A stretch of 63,578 nucleotides of DNA, the filler included, from a bacterium (lineage in GTDB: Bacteria; JBBIVP01): NCBI GenBank assembly GCA_037439705.1. It is 3 parts of 3 records of this genome, joined end to end, with 100 filler letters (N's around TTAATTAATTAA, not from the genome) between each part and the next. Parts side by side here need not be neighbours in the genome. Positions count along the whole stretch, not along the records: positions 44,786 to 63,578 come from JBBIVP010000018.1; 2 more parts are not named here. The stretch is one strand, 5' to 3'. Numbering within the stretch: position 1 is the first letter of the stretch; every line of letters begins with the position of its first letter. The position numbers and the translations under genes were made by a program. Below are positions 49,994 through 61,300 of the stretch, piece by piece. Below the pieces are notes generated by a model. It searched no databases and had not been told where the DNA came from. It saw only the letters and a list, made by a program, of their open reading frames with translations.

Positions 49994-50642
49994 ATTTTCT
50001 CTTTATGGCTCTTATGGTGCTCTGATACAAAATCTCTGAAATTTCTTCAATCTTCATCGTTCCATTTATTATTTCCATTCTGAAACACTTCTCTCTTGCA
50101 ATTTTAAGATACCCATCTCTTACCCTTCTATGAAAATCAAGTGGAAGGGATTCAAACCTGTCAAAACCCTTTACCCTTTTTAGACCTAACTCAGGCGGAA
50201 TGTCAATCAAAAAGGCAATATCTGGAAAAAAGTTCCCGACTATAAAAAGAGAAAAATTCTTAACTTCAGAAATCGGTAAACCCCTTCCATATCCCTGATA
50301 AGCGATGGTGGAATGAACATATCTGTCAGCAACAACAATTTTTCCTTCATCAAGGGAGGGTTTGATTATTTCCTCTATAATNNNNNNNNNNNGGGCCCTT
50401 GCTGAAAGATAAAGTGTGAGTTCCGCTTTAGAGGACAGATTCTTTGAAGAGTAAAGCAAAATTCTTCTTATCTTTTCTCCAAGCCATGTTCCACCGGGCT
50501 CCCTTATCCTTAAAACATCATAACCTTCTTTTTTAAGTTTTTTTTCCAGAATTTTTGCCTGAGTAGTTTTTCCTGCTCCCTCAATCCCTTCAATAACCAC
50601 GAAAAATCCTTTTTTTTCTGAAATGAATGATGAACTTTCCAT
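49974..50642 (-). CDS. tmk: Thymidylate kinase
   Basis: EGIEGAGKTTQ, REPGGT, DRY..STIAYQG; internal N gap. Confidence 0.94.
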   Translation of the reverse strand: MESSSFISEKKGFFVVIEGIEGAGKTTQAKILEKKLKKEGYDVLRIREPGGTWLGEKIRRILLYSSKNLSSKAELTLYLSARAXXXXIIEEIIKPSLDEGKIVVADRYVHSTIAYQGYGRGLPISEVKNFSLFIVGNFFPDIAFLIDIPPELGLKRVKGFDRFESLPLDFHRRVRDGYLKIAREKCFRMEIINGTMKIEEISEILYQSTIRAIKRKYEAGRA

Positions 50643-50706
50643 CTTTAAATTTTTATCATCCTTCACGAAAAAAAGCAAATTATGGGTAAGCCTTTAAAAT
50701 TAACAT

Positions 50707-51387
50707 TTATTTTATCTTCTTCAAAAGGTTCTTTGCCGCTCTTTTTTGGGCTTCCCTCTTGCTGGAAGCAATTCCATAAGAAACAAAATTTCTAAGAACC
50801 ACCTTCGCCCTGAACTTCTTTCTGTGCGGAGGACCCTTTTCGCTTACTATGGTATATTTAGGAAAAATACCAAATTTTTTTATTGCTATCTCCTGAAGGG
50901 TTGTCTTTGGGTCTATAACTCCCTTCAATCTCAATCCATATCTCAGGATGTGCTTCTTTACAAAATTCTCTGCTGGAATCTCACCACCATCAAGGAAAAT
51001 GGCTCCAACCAATGTCTCAAGGGTATTTCCAAGAGTGGAAATTTTTTCTCTTCCGCCTACTCTCTCTTCGCCTTCCCCTATTTTTATGAACTCCTGAATC
51101 CTCAACTTCTTTGCCACCTTTGCAAGGTAATAGTTTCCAACAAGCCTTGACCTCAAAAGGGTCATCCCTCCTTCATCCATATCAGGATATTTATTAAATA
51201 TCCCTTTTGAGACAAAAAAGTTTATCACCGCATCGCCAATGAACTCCAGCCTCTGCCATTCTCTGTGATTGCTCTCCATGTAGGAAGGATGGGTAAGAGA
51301 TTTTTTAAGAAGTGTTAAATCTATAAATTTGTACCCTATTCTTTCCTGCAGTAATTCAAGATTCCAGCTGTCCTTCTGCCGTTCCAT
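50707..51387 (-). CDS. rnc: Ribonuclease III
   Basis: RLEFIGDAV, GAIFLDGG, C-terminal dsRBD DPKTTLQE. Confidence 0.95.
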   Translation of the reverse strand: MERQKDSWNLELLQERIGYKFIDLTLLKKSLTHPSYMESNHREWQRLEFIGDAVINFFVSKGIFNKYPDMDEGGMTLLRSRLVGNYYLAKVAKKLRIQEFIKIGEGEERVGGREKISTLGNTLETLVGAIFLDGGEIPAENFVKKHILRYGLRLKGVIDPKTTLQEIAIKKFGIFPKYTIVSEKGPPHRKKFRAKVVLRNFVSYGIASSKREAQKRAAKNLLKKIK

Positions 51388-52618
51388 CTCTCAGACCTGT
51401 AATTAAAACATTGTAAACTTGATTTTTAACAAGTAAAGAAGTAATTCTCACCATTATGTAATTTCCTGTAAGACCATAAGAAAATTCACCATCAACCTCC
51501 TCAACTATGAGCTTTTCCCTTTTACCGATCTGTCTTTCTATGAAATTTTTTCTTTTTTCTTCTCCCAATCTTCTCAAAATTCCAACCCTCCTCTTCACCT
51601 CTTCTGGCTTCATGTTGGATTTCATAGAATATGCCTTTGTTCCCTTCCTTGGAGAATAAGAGAATATGTGAAAGTAATCAACAGGAAGAGATTTTAATAA
51701 TTCATAGCCCCTTTCAAAATTTTCATTTTCCTCACCCGGAAATCCAACAATGATGTCAGTGCCTATACAAAAATTGTCCGTCCCCTCTTTTATCTTCTTC
51801 ACTGTCTCTGCAAACTCAGAAAAGGAATACTTTCTTCCCATAAGCCTTAAGACTGAATCAAAAGGACTCTGAAGCGGAATATGAAGGTGCTTTGCAAGGA
51901 TTTTTGAATTTTTAACAACATTTATGAATTCATTATCAATATCATCTGGCTCAACCGAACTCAATCTTATTCTTTCAACCGGTTTCTCGCTATCTATCAT
52001 CTCTATAAGTTTCGCCAGAGAAATTTTTTCTTCCCTGTCACTTCCATACGCTCCAAGCCTTATTCCGGTAAGAACCACTTCTTTATAACCGAGTTCGGAA
52101 AATCTTTTAAGGGCGGAAAGAATATCTTTGGAACTCAAACTTCTCGGTTTTCCCCTGGCAAACGGAACAATACAATAAGAACAAAAATTGTCGCAGCCGT
52201 CCTGAATTTTTAAAAAAGCCCTGGTTCCTTCCTGATACCATTCATAGGGTGGAGAAATTTCTTTGAGGTCAGATAAAGGGGAAATGAAAATCCCTGTTCT
52301 GTCTAAATACTGTATAATCTCCTCCCTCTCTTTTATTCCGAGAATAAGGTCAACACCAGGAATTTCTCCATAAACCTGCGGAAAACATCCGGTAAGAACA
52401 ATTTTTGCTGAAGGAGAAAGCCTTTTTGCTTTGTATATGGAATTCCTCATATCCCTTTCAGCCTTTGAAGTTACAACACAGGAATTCACTATGATCAAAT
52501 CAGCCTCCTTTTCTCTATCAACAACCTCCCAGCCTGCTTCTATCAATCTTGTTAAAAGTCTTGATGAATCTGCTCTATTTGTTCTGCAGCCTATTGTTTT
52601 TATGAAAACCTTTTTCAT
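51356..52618 (-). CDS. mtaB: tRNA methylthiotransferase MtaB
   Basis: GCRTN, NSCVVT, RAFLKIQDGCDNFCSYC. Confidence 0.9.
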   Translation of the reverse strand: MKKVFIKTIGCRTNRADSSRLLTRLIEAGWEVVDREKEADLIIVNSCVVTSKAERDMRNSIYKAKRLSPSAKIVLTGCFPQVYGEIPGVDLILGIKEREEIIQYLDRTGIFISPLSDLKEISPPYEWYQEGTRAFLKIQDGCDNFCSYCIVPFARGKPRSLSSKDILSALKRFSELGYKEVVLTGIRLGAYGSDREEKISLAKLIEMIDSEKPVERIRLSSVEPDDIDNEFINVVKNSKILAKHLHIPLQSPFDSVLRLMGRKYSFSEFAETVKKIKEGTDNFCIGTDIIVGFPGEENENFERGYELLKSLPVDYFHIFSYSPRKGTKAYSMKSNMKPEEVKRRVGILRRLGEEKRKNFIERQIGKREKLIVEEVDGEFSYGLTGNYIMVRITSLLVKNQVYNVLITGLRDGTAEGQLES

Positions 52619-53673
52619 TCAATCACCCTTTCAATCCATCCCCCTCCTATTACATCTTCACCAGAATAAAGGACGCATGCCTGTCCGGGTGTAATGGCTC
52701 TCTGAGGCTCATAAAAAACTACCTCAACAAAATTATCAAAAGGGTAAACCTTAGAAAATGCTATGTGATGTTTGTATCTTATTTTTGCCATGGCATCAAA
52801 CGGGATTTTAATTTCCTCTCCTGTCCAGTTGAAATCCTTTAAAATCACCTTCGTCCCGTATATATCTTTTTCCTCACCCACATATACCCTTCTGGTCTCA
52901 GGCTCAATTTTTACCACATAAAGTCTTTTTCCCGTTGCAACCCCAAGTCCTTCCCTCTGCCCTATTGTGTACTTATAATACCCATCATGGTATCCTATAA
53001 TTTTTCCAGTCAGGGTCATTATCTCTCCGCTTCCGTCAATCCCCTCTTTCTCTTTTATAAATTTAAAGTGGTCTTGAGAACCAACAAAGCATATCCCCCT
53101 GCTTTCCTTTTTTTTACTCTGCGGAAGCCCGTATTTTTTCGCAATTTCCCTCACTTCAGATTTTAGCATCTCTCCAAGTGGAAAAATTATATACCGCATG
53201 TTTTCCTGATTTAGTTCAAAAAGGAAATACGATTGATCCCTTGATTCATCTATTCCTTTCTTCAACTTCAAATACCCATTTTCAGGCTTTATCCTTGCAT
53301 AATGCCCTGTTGCTACAAAATCAAAACCAAAAGAAAGTGCCTTTTTTAACAGGTATCCAAATTTTATCCTGCTGTTGCATAGAACACATGGATTCGGAGT
53401 TCTTCCTCTCAGGTATTCCTTCACAAAATTGTCAATCACAGATTCCTTGAAAACATCCCTCGCATTAATGACATAAAAGGGAATACCGATTTTATCCGCT
53501 GCCCTCCTTGCGTCATAGGCATCAACTGGTGAACAGCATCTGCCATATTCTCCTTCGTATGGTTCACATAGAGAAAGATGGATCCCTGTTACATCATAAC
53601 CCTTTTCTTTAAGCAGAAGGGCACTCACTGCACTATCAACCCCTCCGCTCATCAAAACCATTACCTTCTTCAT
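52615..53673 (-). CDS. mnmA: tRNA 2-thiouridylase
   Basis: MSGGVDS, TPNPCVLCN, ATGHYA, DQSYFL, AITPGQ. Confidence 0.96.
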   Translation of the reverse strand: MKKVMVLMSGGVDSAVSALLLKEKGYDVTGIHLSLCEPYEGEYGRCCSPVDAYDARRAADKIGIPFYVINARDVFKESVIDNFVKEYLRGRTPNPCVLCNSRIKFGYLLKKALSFGFDFVATGHYARIKPENGYLKLKKGIDESRDQSYFLFELNQENMRYIIFPLGEMLKSEVREIAKKYGLPQSKKKESRGICFVGSQDHFKFIKEKEGIDGSGEIMTLTGKIIGYHDGYYKYTIGQREGLGVATGKRLYVVKIEPETRRVYVGEEKDIYGTKVILKDFNWTGEEIKIPFDAMAKIRYKHHIAFSKVYPFDNFVEVVFYEPQRAITPGQACVLYSGEDVIGGGWIERVIE

Positions 53674-53811
53674 GGAAGTTTAAATCCCATTTTTTAATAT
53701 ATCTTACCAATTTTAAGGATTTTTTTAAACCTTCCTCTCCAGCACATCTCAATTAATACTCCTTGGATTATGTAATGAATCTACTTGGATGTAATAATTG
53801 GTTCTTAAATT

Positions 53812-55224
53812 TTATTTACAGTTCGCAGGCTTATCGTCAAAGGAATTAGTCTTTCTCCCGCACATTTCCCCTTGATAAAGAGGCAAATATACCAAGTGTG
53901 CAGAGGACTGTTGAAATTCCCATTGNNNNNNNNNNNNNNNNNNNNNNNNNNNNNNNNNNNNNNNNNNNNNNNNNNNNNNNNNNNNNNNNNNNNNNNNNNN
54001 NNNNNNNNNNNNNNNNNNNNNNNGCCCTGTCAATCTCATTACCGCAAGGGTTGCAGAAGCGATTCCATAGTCCTTTCTTTCTACAGAACTTATTACCGCA
54101 TTTGTGTTTGGAGAGGTAAAGAGTGCAAATCCTATTCCGTGGAGGAGGAGGTTAAAAACCACATAAATAAGCAGTGTGTTTTCTTTAAGGAATATGAAAA
54201 GGAAAAAACAAAAAGCAGTTAATCCCATCCCGGATGAGGCAAGGATTCTTGGTTCAATTCTGTCAGAAGCCCTTCCACTAAAAGGAGAAAACAAAGCCAT
54301 AACAACAGGTCTTGTCATAAGAATCAATCCTGCTGTCCTTGCATCCAGTCCCTTTATGAACTGGAGATATAAACTCAACAAAAATCCAGCAGAGTATGAG
54401 GCGCTGTAATGGATAAATGTTGCAAGATTTGAAAAGGAAAAAGCCCTGTTATTTTTAAAAAGTTCTGTATCCAGCATGGGGCTTTCTTTTTTTTCCTCGG
54501 TTTTGAGAAAAATCATAAAAAATAAAATGCTCAAAAGGATAAGAAAAATCCCCTCTCTCTTTGAGATATAGGAAAATCCAAGCATAAAAGTTATGAGAAC
54601 AAATCCATAGATTATCGCTCCCTCCAGGTCGAATTTTTCCTTCCTCATCTCAACCTCTATACCCTTCAATTTCCAGATGAGAATCAAGAGGGTGAAAAAT
54701 CCAAGGATGGAGTTGAAGAAAAAAATACTTCTCCATCCTACATGCTGGGTTAGAATGCCTCCTATGAATGGGCCTGCGGAAAGTCCTATGTATGTGGAGG
54801 CGGTGGTAATTCCAAGAGCCCTTCCTCTTTCTCCAGGTTCAAATGCAGAGGACACAAGGGCGACACTCGTTCCAAAAATCATTGCTCCTCCTATTCCGTG
54901 AAGGAAACGAAAGGCAAGAAGAACCTCTGAAGAACCGGCAATACCTGTTAGGAAAGAAAAAATGGTATAGGCTATTATCCCCCATTTAAAAATCCTTTTT
55001 TTCCCATAAATATCCGAAAGCTTTCCGAAAGGCAGAAGAAAAACCGCCGAGGATAGAAGATAGGATGTGGGAATCCAGCTTAAAAGTAGTGCATTCATTG
55101 AAAGTTCTCTTGCAATTGAAGGAAGGGCAACATTTATTGATGACCCCATAAATGGAGTAAGGAAAGCTCCAAGGGTGGCAACTATAAGGGTTGCAGTTTT
55201 TAATGATTGTTTGGATTCATCCAT
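53812..55224 (-). CDS. MFS transporter (DHA2-like), 3' part in N gap
   Basis: NVALPSI, GKLSDIYGKK, ERGRALG; gap 53926-54023. Confidence 0.88.
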   Translation of the reverse strand: MDESKQSLKTATLIVATLGAFLTPFMGSSINVALPSIARELSMNALLLSWIPTSYLLSSAVFLLPFGKLSDIYGKKRIFKWGIIAYTIFSFLTGIAGSSEVLLAFRFLHGIGGAMIFGTSVALVSSAFEPGERGRALGITTASTYIGLSAGPFIGGILTQHVGWRSIFFFNSILGFFTLLILIWKLKGIEVEMRKEKFDLEGAIIYGFVLITFMLGFSYISKREGIFLILLSILFFMIFLKTEEKKESPMLDTELFKNNRAFSFSNLATFIHYSASYSAGFLLSLYLQFIKGLDARTAGLILMTRPVVMALFSPFSGRASDRIEPRILASSGMGLTAFCFFLFIFLKENTLLIYVVFNLLLHGIGFALFTSPNTNAVISSVERKDYGIASATLAVMRLTGXXXXXXXXXXXXXXXXXXXXXXXXXXXXXXXXXQWEFQQSSAHLVYLPLYQGEMCGRKTNSFDDKPANCK

Positions 55225-55228
55225 TTTT

Positions 55229-56410
55229 TTAAACGGGCAGGACGAGCCCGCCTTTGGGAATTATGGAAACAGGAGCTTCTTTTCCAGCCAGTTCATAAGC
55301 ATAATTAAGTGCTTCTTCAACGGAAGGAGCATATCTACAGAATGTTTCCTTTACTTCTTCCTCTTTAAGGGAAGAAATGAGGAAAATCCAGTGTTTTTCA
55401 GGAAGGTAATTGGTAAGTCCTATTCTGTAAATCATTTCGTTTATTACATTCAAAGATGAGCCGTATCCTTCATTGCATTCGGAACATATTATTACCACTC
55501 CCGGTCCTTCTCCCAGAGTTTTTCCTGCTGGTGGAACAAGTTTCGATGCCTGATAAACATTTATGCTTGTTGTTCCACTATCTGAAACAATGCAAATTTT
55601 TGCCTGTTTTCTTGTTTTTACTTCACACACCTTTCTTGCATAAACTACACCTTCCCTGTGAGCCTTTACGAGGTCGCCTGCTACAGCCCTCACCACCTCT
55701 TTTTTATCGTTCATTACCACATTGAATATGAAATCAATGCCTGCTATCCTTCCCGCTTCTTCCATATCGTCCCTTATGGGATTTCCATCAACTATTCCGA
55801 GTCTTGCATTGGGAAGTGGTTTCATCATGTGGTTGTTTGCAATGGTGTAAAATCCGCTTACTCCCGGAAGAAGGCTCTTTGCACCTCCTGAATACCCTGT
55901 AAAATAGTGAGGTTTTATATTTCCAAGAAGGATTTTCACATCTGCGGATGCCACCTCTTTGTTCACCCACACTTCAGTTCCCCTTGAAGTTTTTCCAAGA
56001 TATTGAAGATTTGCTTCATCCATTGAGTTATGCTGAACTATTTTGAACCGCTTGCATATATCCTCTCCAAGCTGGTCAAGACTTCTTCTGTCTATTTCAT
56101 GGTTTCCATTGGCTATTACAATAGTAATACCTTCATCAGGTATCCCTTTTAATTCTTCAAGAAGGGCATATATCATTCCCTTTTTCGGATATATTCTTGT
56201 TCTGTCGCTTACAACAAGTGCTATTTTTCTTTTTCCCTTTACTATCTCTGAAAGTGGGGGAGTTCCTACAGGATTTTTAAGAGCCCTTCTGAATTCTTCT
56301 TCCATATTTTTTACCCCTTCTACAGGATTGGCATACAGAATCTCAACTGTATTTTTTGGCTTTTCAATTTCAAGCAGTTGAGTTCCGTATTCTAATGTTA
56401 TTTTTTCCAT
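55229..56410 (-). CDS. larA: LarA-family nickel-pincer racemase/epimerase
   Basis: SDRTR, VQHN, PHYFTGYSGGAKSLLPG, NNH. Confidence 0.8.
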   Translation of the reverse strand: MEKITLEYGTQLLEIEKPKNTVEILYANPVEGVKNMEEEFRRALKNPVGTPPLSEIVKGKRKIALVVSDRTRIYPKKGMIYALLEELKGIPDEGITIVIANGNHEIDRRSLDQLGEDICKRFKIVQHNSMDEANLQYLGKTSRGTEVWVNKEVASADVKILLGNIKPHYFTGYSGGAKSLLPGVSGFYTIANNHMMKPLPNARLGIVDGNPIRDDMEEAGRIAGIDFIFNVVMNDKKEVVRAVAGDLVKAHREGVVYARKVCEVKTRKQAKICIVSDSGTTSINVYQASKLVPPAGKTLGEGPGVVIICSECNEGYGSSLNVINEMIYRIGLTNYLPEKHWIFLISSLKEEEVKETFCRYAPSVEEALNYAYELAGKEAPVSIIPKGGLVLPV

Positions 56411-56412
56411 TT

Positions 56413-58083
56413 TTACCCCCTTTTCATTCCAAGTATTGCTTCTGTATTTACAGGTGGAAAATCATATCTGTCCACAGGGATTTCCACCACGCATGGCTTT
56501 TTTTCCTTAATAACTTCTTTCAGGATATTTTCAATATCTTCTGTTTTTTCTATCCTGTATCCCACTGCTCCAAATGCGGATGCAAGTTTCAGAAAATCCG
56601 GATTTGAGTGTTCTGTTCCATAAGATGTTCCTAAGGTTATCATCTGTGTCGCAAAAAGAACCCTGTATGAGTTGTCGTTAAATATGAAAGTTTTCACATT
56701 TATTCCTTCTCTGATAGCAGTTTCTAAGTCCTGAAGGGTCATCATAAAATCACCATCGCCGAGTATNNNNNNNNNNACTTCTTTTTCAGGATAGAGTAGT
56801 TTTGCGGAGAGAGCTGAAGGAAAGCCAAAACCCATTGCTCCGAAGTTGTTGGAAGAAAGAAATGTCCCTGGTTTATAACATGTGAGATAGTAATTTGCGT
56901 AAAGCAAATGAATTCCCTGACCGGTAGTTATTATTGCATCGTGAGGAAGGAATTCCCTTAATTTTTTCAGAACAAAAGCAGGAGAGACCGGTTTTTTATC
57001 TGGGTCAGCAAAGTTTTCTAAAATTGCTTCCCACTCTTTCCTTTTTACTTTCAATTCATCAATCCAGTTTCCATCTGTTCTGACTTCGGGAAGTTCCAAA
57101 ATTTTTCCAAGAAAGATATAAGCATCGGAATGGATTTTTAGAGAGATTTCCACGGGATAAACCTTTCTTAAAACAGATTCATCAGCATTTACCATTATAA
57201 TTTTTTGAGAAGAAGGTAGCCATGTGTCTTCGTAGGTGAGCATGTCAGAGAGCGTGCATCCAAGGAGGAGTATAAAATCAGCATTTTTGAAAGCATAATC
57301 TGCTGCTGGATTTCCTCCCGCATATCCAGCCCTTCCCAGGCAGAGTGGATGAGTTTCAGGAATGCTTCCCTTTCCATTACCGGTAGTCACTACCGGTATG
57401 GAGTTTTTTTCTATATACATCAAAAGTTTAGAGACTGTTTTTTCGTTATTTGCTCCTCCACCTGCTATCACAAGGGGCTTTTTTGAGGTTTTAAGGAAGG
57501 AATAATACATCCGGATTCCTTCCTCATCCTGAGAGGATAAGGGAGATGGAGTAAGGTCAATATCTATTTCTTTTACACTTTTTTCTTCAATCCAGACATC
57601 TTCAGGCACTTCAATCATTACAGGACCTTTTGCATCCGTGATGGATGTTTTATAGGCTCTGGAAAAAATCTGAGGAATGTCTTCTACATTTTCCACACAA
57701 AATACTCCTTTGCATATATTCTGAAAAACTCCCTTATGGTCGATTTCAAGAAAACCATCCCTTCCCCTTTTTCCCCTTCTTTTTCCACCGGTGATGGCAA
57801 TTACAGGAGAGCAATCTTTGCTTGCTATGGCAATTGGAAGGGCAATGTTAAGTGTTCCTGCCCCTGAATGAGTAAGGACAATTCCCGGTTTTCCTGTGAG
57901 CCTTCCTTCTGCATCTGCCATTGAACATGCAGTTTGTTCGTGTCTCACGGAGATATACCTTATTTTATCTCTTACTTCATAAAGGGAATTAACAAAATCA
58001 AGCACAGAGGTGCCAACGACTCCGTAAACCCTTTTTACTTTAGCCTTTAGAAGGCATTCAACAAGGAGCCTTCCGCCTGTCAT
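56413..58083 (-). CDS. TPP-dependent enzyme, acetolactate synthase-like family
   Basis: RHEQ, GAMGFGFP, GDGDF...FND, NPDF. Confidence 0.88.
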   Translation of the reverse strand: MTGGRLLVECLLKAKVKRVYGVVGTSVLDFVNSLYEVRDKIRYISVRHEQTACSMADAEGRLTGKPGIVLTHSGAGTLNIALPIAIASKDCSPVIAITGGKRRGKRGRDGFLEIDHKGVFQNICKGVFCVENVEDIPQIFSRAYKTSITDAKGPVMIEVPEDVWIEEKSVKEIDIDLTPSPLSSQDEEGIRMYYSFLKTSKKPLVIAGGGANNEKTVSKLLMYIEKNSIPVVTTGNGKGSIPETHPLCLGRAGYAGGNPAADYAFKNADFILLLGCTLSDMLTYEDTWLPSSQKIIMVNADESVLRKVYPVEISLKIHSDAYIFLGKILELPEVRTDGNWIDELKVKRKEWEAILENFADPDKKPVSPAFVLKKLREFLPHDAIITTGQGIHLLYANYYLTCYKPGTFLSSNNFGAMGFGFPSALSAKLLYPEKEXXXXILGDGDFMMTLQDLETAIREGINVKTFIFNDNSYRVLFATQMITLGTSYGTEHSNPDFLKLASAFGAVGYRIEKTEDIENILKEVIKEKKPCVVEIPVDRYDFPPVNTEAILGMKRG

Positions 58084-58358
58084 GGAAATAATTATATTGT
58101 TTTCAAAAGTAAAATAAAGAAAAATCTTTATCGGTGGATTTTAAATACTCTATCGGGAAGGAGAAAGTATTCACTTTTATTAGTTTTCCCTCATAGGTCT
58201 CTTCAACGCCTTCCTTATCGTTTTTCTTTTAAAATGCCCTCGCAGTGCAGGAAATATTCTTTGGGTTCTTCTAAGACCTTAATCACCTTACAAGCGGACT
58301 CCTTTTCCATACCTTACATCCCTGGATACTATCTCTTAACCTAAAAGAGTTCAAATTA

Positions 58359-58388
58359 TTGACAAATGCCAAAAATTTATGATATAAT
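58359..58388 (+). promoter_or_regulatory. Consensus sigma70 promoter with extended -10, 8 nt before ATG
   Basis: TTGACA-18-TATAAT with TG at the extended position. Confidence 0.75.
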
Positions 58389-58396
58389 ATACTCTG

Positions 58397-61300
58397 ATGA
58401 AAAAGTGGATTGTGGGAGTGGGAATCTTTATAATTGGTTGTGATGGAAATCCACCTCGCGCCCCATATCTTCCAATTTTTAAAATACCTGAAAGCATAAC
58501 CATCTGTGAGGGCGAGGAAATTCAGATACCGCCTCAACCAATTGATACAGAAAGGTATTCTTATCAATGGTCTCCAGAGGAAATTTTTTCTAACCCGACA
58601 TCCCCAGTTCAAACAATAAAAGGAGAAAAAGACTTAGAGATTTATTTAAAGGTTACTGACAGAATAAATAAAATTAGCATCACAAAGAGTGTGAAGATAA
58701 AAGTAAATCCTAAGCCCTCTGGAAGTGCAGGAGATGATAAGGTTATATGTGGTGGTGAAAGCGTTGAGATAGGAGAAGGAGGGAGTTCGGATTGCACATA
58801 TTTCTGGACGCCTCAGGAGACGCTTGATAATCCAGATTCTCCAATTACCCTCGCACATCCTTTGGAAGATACAGTCTATACATTAACAATTAAGGACAAA
58901 GAAACAGGGTGTTCATTTTTAGATTCAGTGACTGTTTTTGTAAATCCTCCTGTTTATGCATACTTTGTTCCTCCTGCTCCACAGTGTTTGAAGGACATTG
59001 ATGGGAATTATAGGATTTTAAACTTTCAAGATATGTCAACAGGTGCTGTATTAAGCTATCTCTGGGATTTTGGGGATGGGAATATATCTGAATTAAAAAA
59101 TCCCTCACACATCTTTTCCAACGATGGTTCTTACAATGTATCTTTATCTGTTATGAGTGCTGAAGGCTGTAATTCTGCTTACAGGGATGTTGTTACAATT
59201 TTTCCAGTTCCCACAATTTTTTCAATAATATCTCCAGAATCAAGGTGTGGTCCAGGGGAAGTTAGATTTGAAGCGGATGTAGGTGGTGGAACTCCACCAT
59301 ATACCTAACTCTGGGACTTCGGAAATGGTTCTACTTCAACCTCCCCATCACCTACAGTCACTTATTCATCCCCTGGCACATATACTGTGAGGTTATATCT
59401 TTACGATGCTAATGGATGCGGAACAAAGGAAGAGAAGTTAATTGAAGTTCTGAATTCACCCGTCGCGGATTTTATTGTTGGAAATACATGCTATCTTGAC
59501 AGTGCGGGAAACAGGATTCCGGTTGAACCATTCAATCTCTCATCAGGAAATATCATTTCTGTATTGTGGGATTTCGGAGATTCCTCCACATCCACCATTT
59601 ACAGCCCATCGCACATCTACGAAAATCCTGGAGATTATGTAATAACCCTCACTGTTCAGGAGGAATCGGGATGTTATGATTCTATAACCCATCCTGTAAG
59701 GATTTATCCCTCTCCTTATGCTGTTTCATTGGGCTCAAATCCACAATCACTTTGTGGAAGCGGAGATGCAGCATTTACCCTTGAATACTATGGAGGAACA
59801 TCACCTTTCAGCCATTACTGGGATTTTGGAACTGGAAGCTTTGTCTCAGGAGCTTCTTCTACAGTTCATACTTTTTCTTCAACAGGTTCATATAAAATAA
59901 GGGCAAGGGTTGTTGATTCAAATGGCTGTTCTTCAGAAAAAAGCCTTACCTTCAATGTCTATTCAAATCCCATCGTTTCTTTATCTTTAAATCCAGCACC
60001 TGTATGTTTCGGCGAAGGAACGAACATCTTGGGAAATTATTCCTCACCATATCCAATAACCTATTATTCCATATCAACAGGTGATGGAAATACATTTCCT
60101 CTCTTATCAACGAATTATACATATTCTTCATCAGATACCTATACTGTTTCATTCATGGCATTTAACGATAAGGGATGCTACTCATCCATCACATCAACGA
60201 TATGGGTAAAGCCATCTCCTGATTCCAATTTTACATCAAATGCTCCAATTTGTTACGGATACTCTGTAAATTTTACAAATAACTCAACAGGAGCAAATTT
60301 TTATCAATGGAACTTTGGCGATGGAGGCTCTTCCACAGAGGAAAATCCATCTCATTTTTACATAAACCCTGGAACATACAATGTATCACTCAACGCATAC
60401 AACACCTTCGGATGTTATGATTCATTCTCAATGCCAGTAACAATTTATGATTCACCAATTGCAGACTTTGATTTATCTGGAAATCTGTGCGTGAACTCAA
60501 CCATATCAACAATAAATAAGTCCGTTGGTGCAGATACATACCTGTGGTCATTTGGTGACGGTAGCACATCACCGAATTTTCAGCCTTCTCATGCCTATGA
60601 AAGCTCTGGAAATTATTTGGTTTCACTTACAGCTTATGTGTCAGAAACAGGATGTTCTGATACAGGCGAAGAAATCCTTGAAATAACAAATCCTCCATCA
60701 GTAATTCTTGGAAATGACAAAATTGTTGGAAGGGGCGGTCAGACCACAATAGGAGGAAATGTATCAGGTGGCGTTTCACCATATACATATTTCTGGGAAG
60801 AAAATCCACTGAGAAATTACATTTCATCAACAACAGAGCCATATCCTCTCATAACAGTCCCATCAACTGCCCCAATTGAAACAATAACATATACCCTTGA
60901 GGTTACGGATTCAAAGGGATGTTTTGACCCATCTTTAAGTACGGACTCTATGAATGTCTCCATCACAGATGCATTAAGCGTAAGCGCTGGTTCTGACAGA
61001 ACTATCTGTGAGGGCGAAAGCGTTGAGATAGGTTTTCCTGCAACAGGTGGAGTTCCTCCATACACATATTTCTGGGCGCCTCAAACATGGCTTTCTGACC
61101 CATTAACCTCTCCTGCCATTGCCTCACCATCCTCAACAATTACATATACCTTGACCGTTACAGATTCCGCTCCAAATACAATCTCTGACCAGGTTACCAT
61201 CTATGTCAATCCCAATCCATTGACCCTATTTATAACCCCTTCCGAACAGGAAAGGTGCGGAACGGGTTCTGTTGATTTTTCATCAACAATAACAGGTGGA

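Noticed and set aside
49694-59308. Genome-wide reassignment of TAA to an amino acid
   Set aside because: Many conserved genes here (prfB, pccB, gmhA, mutase, rnc) end at TAA at expected lengths; only local readthrough or error remains plausible
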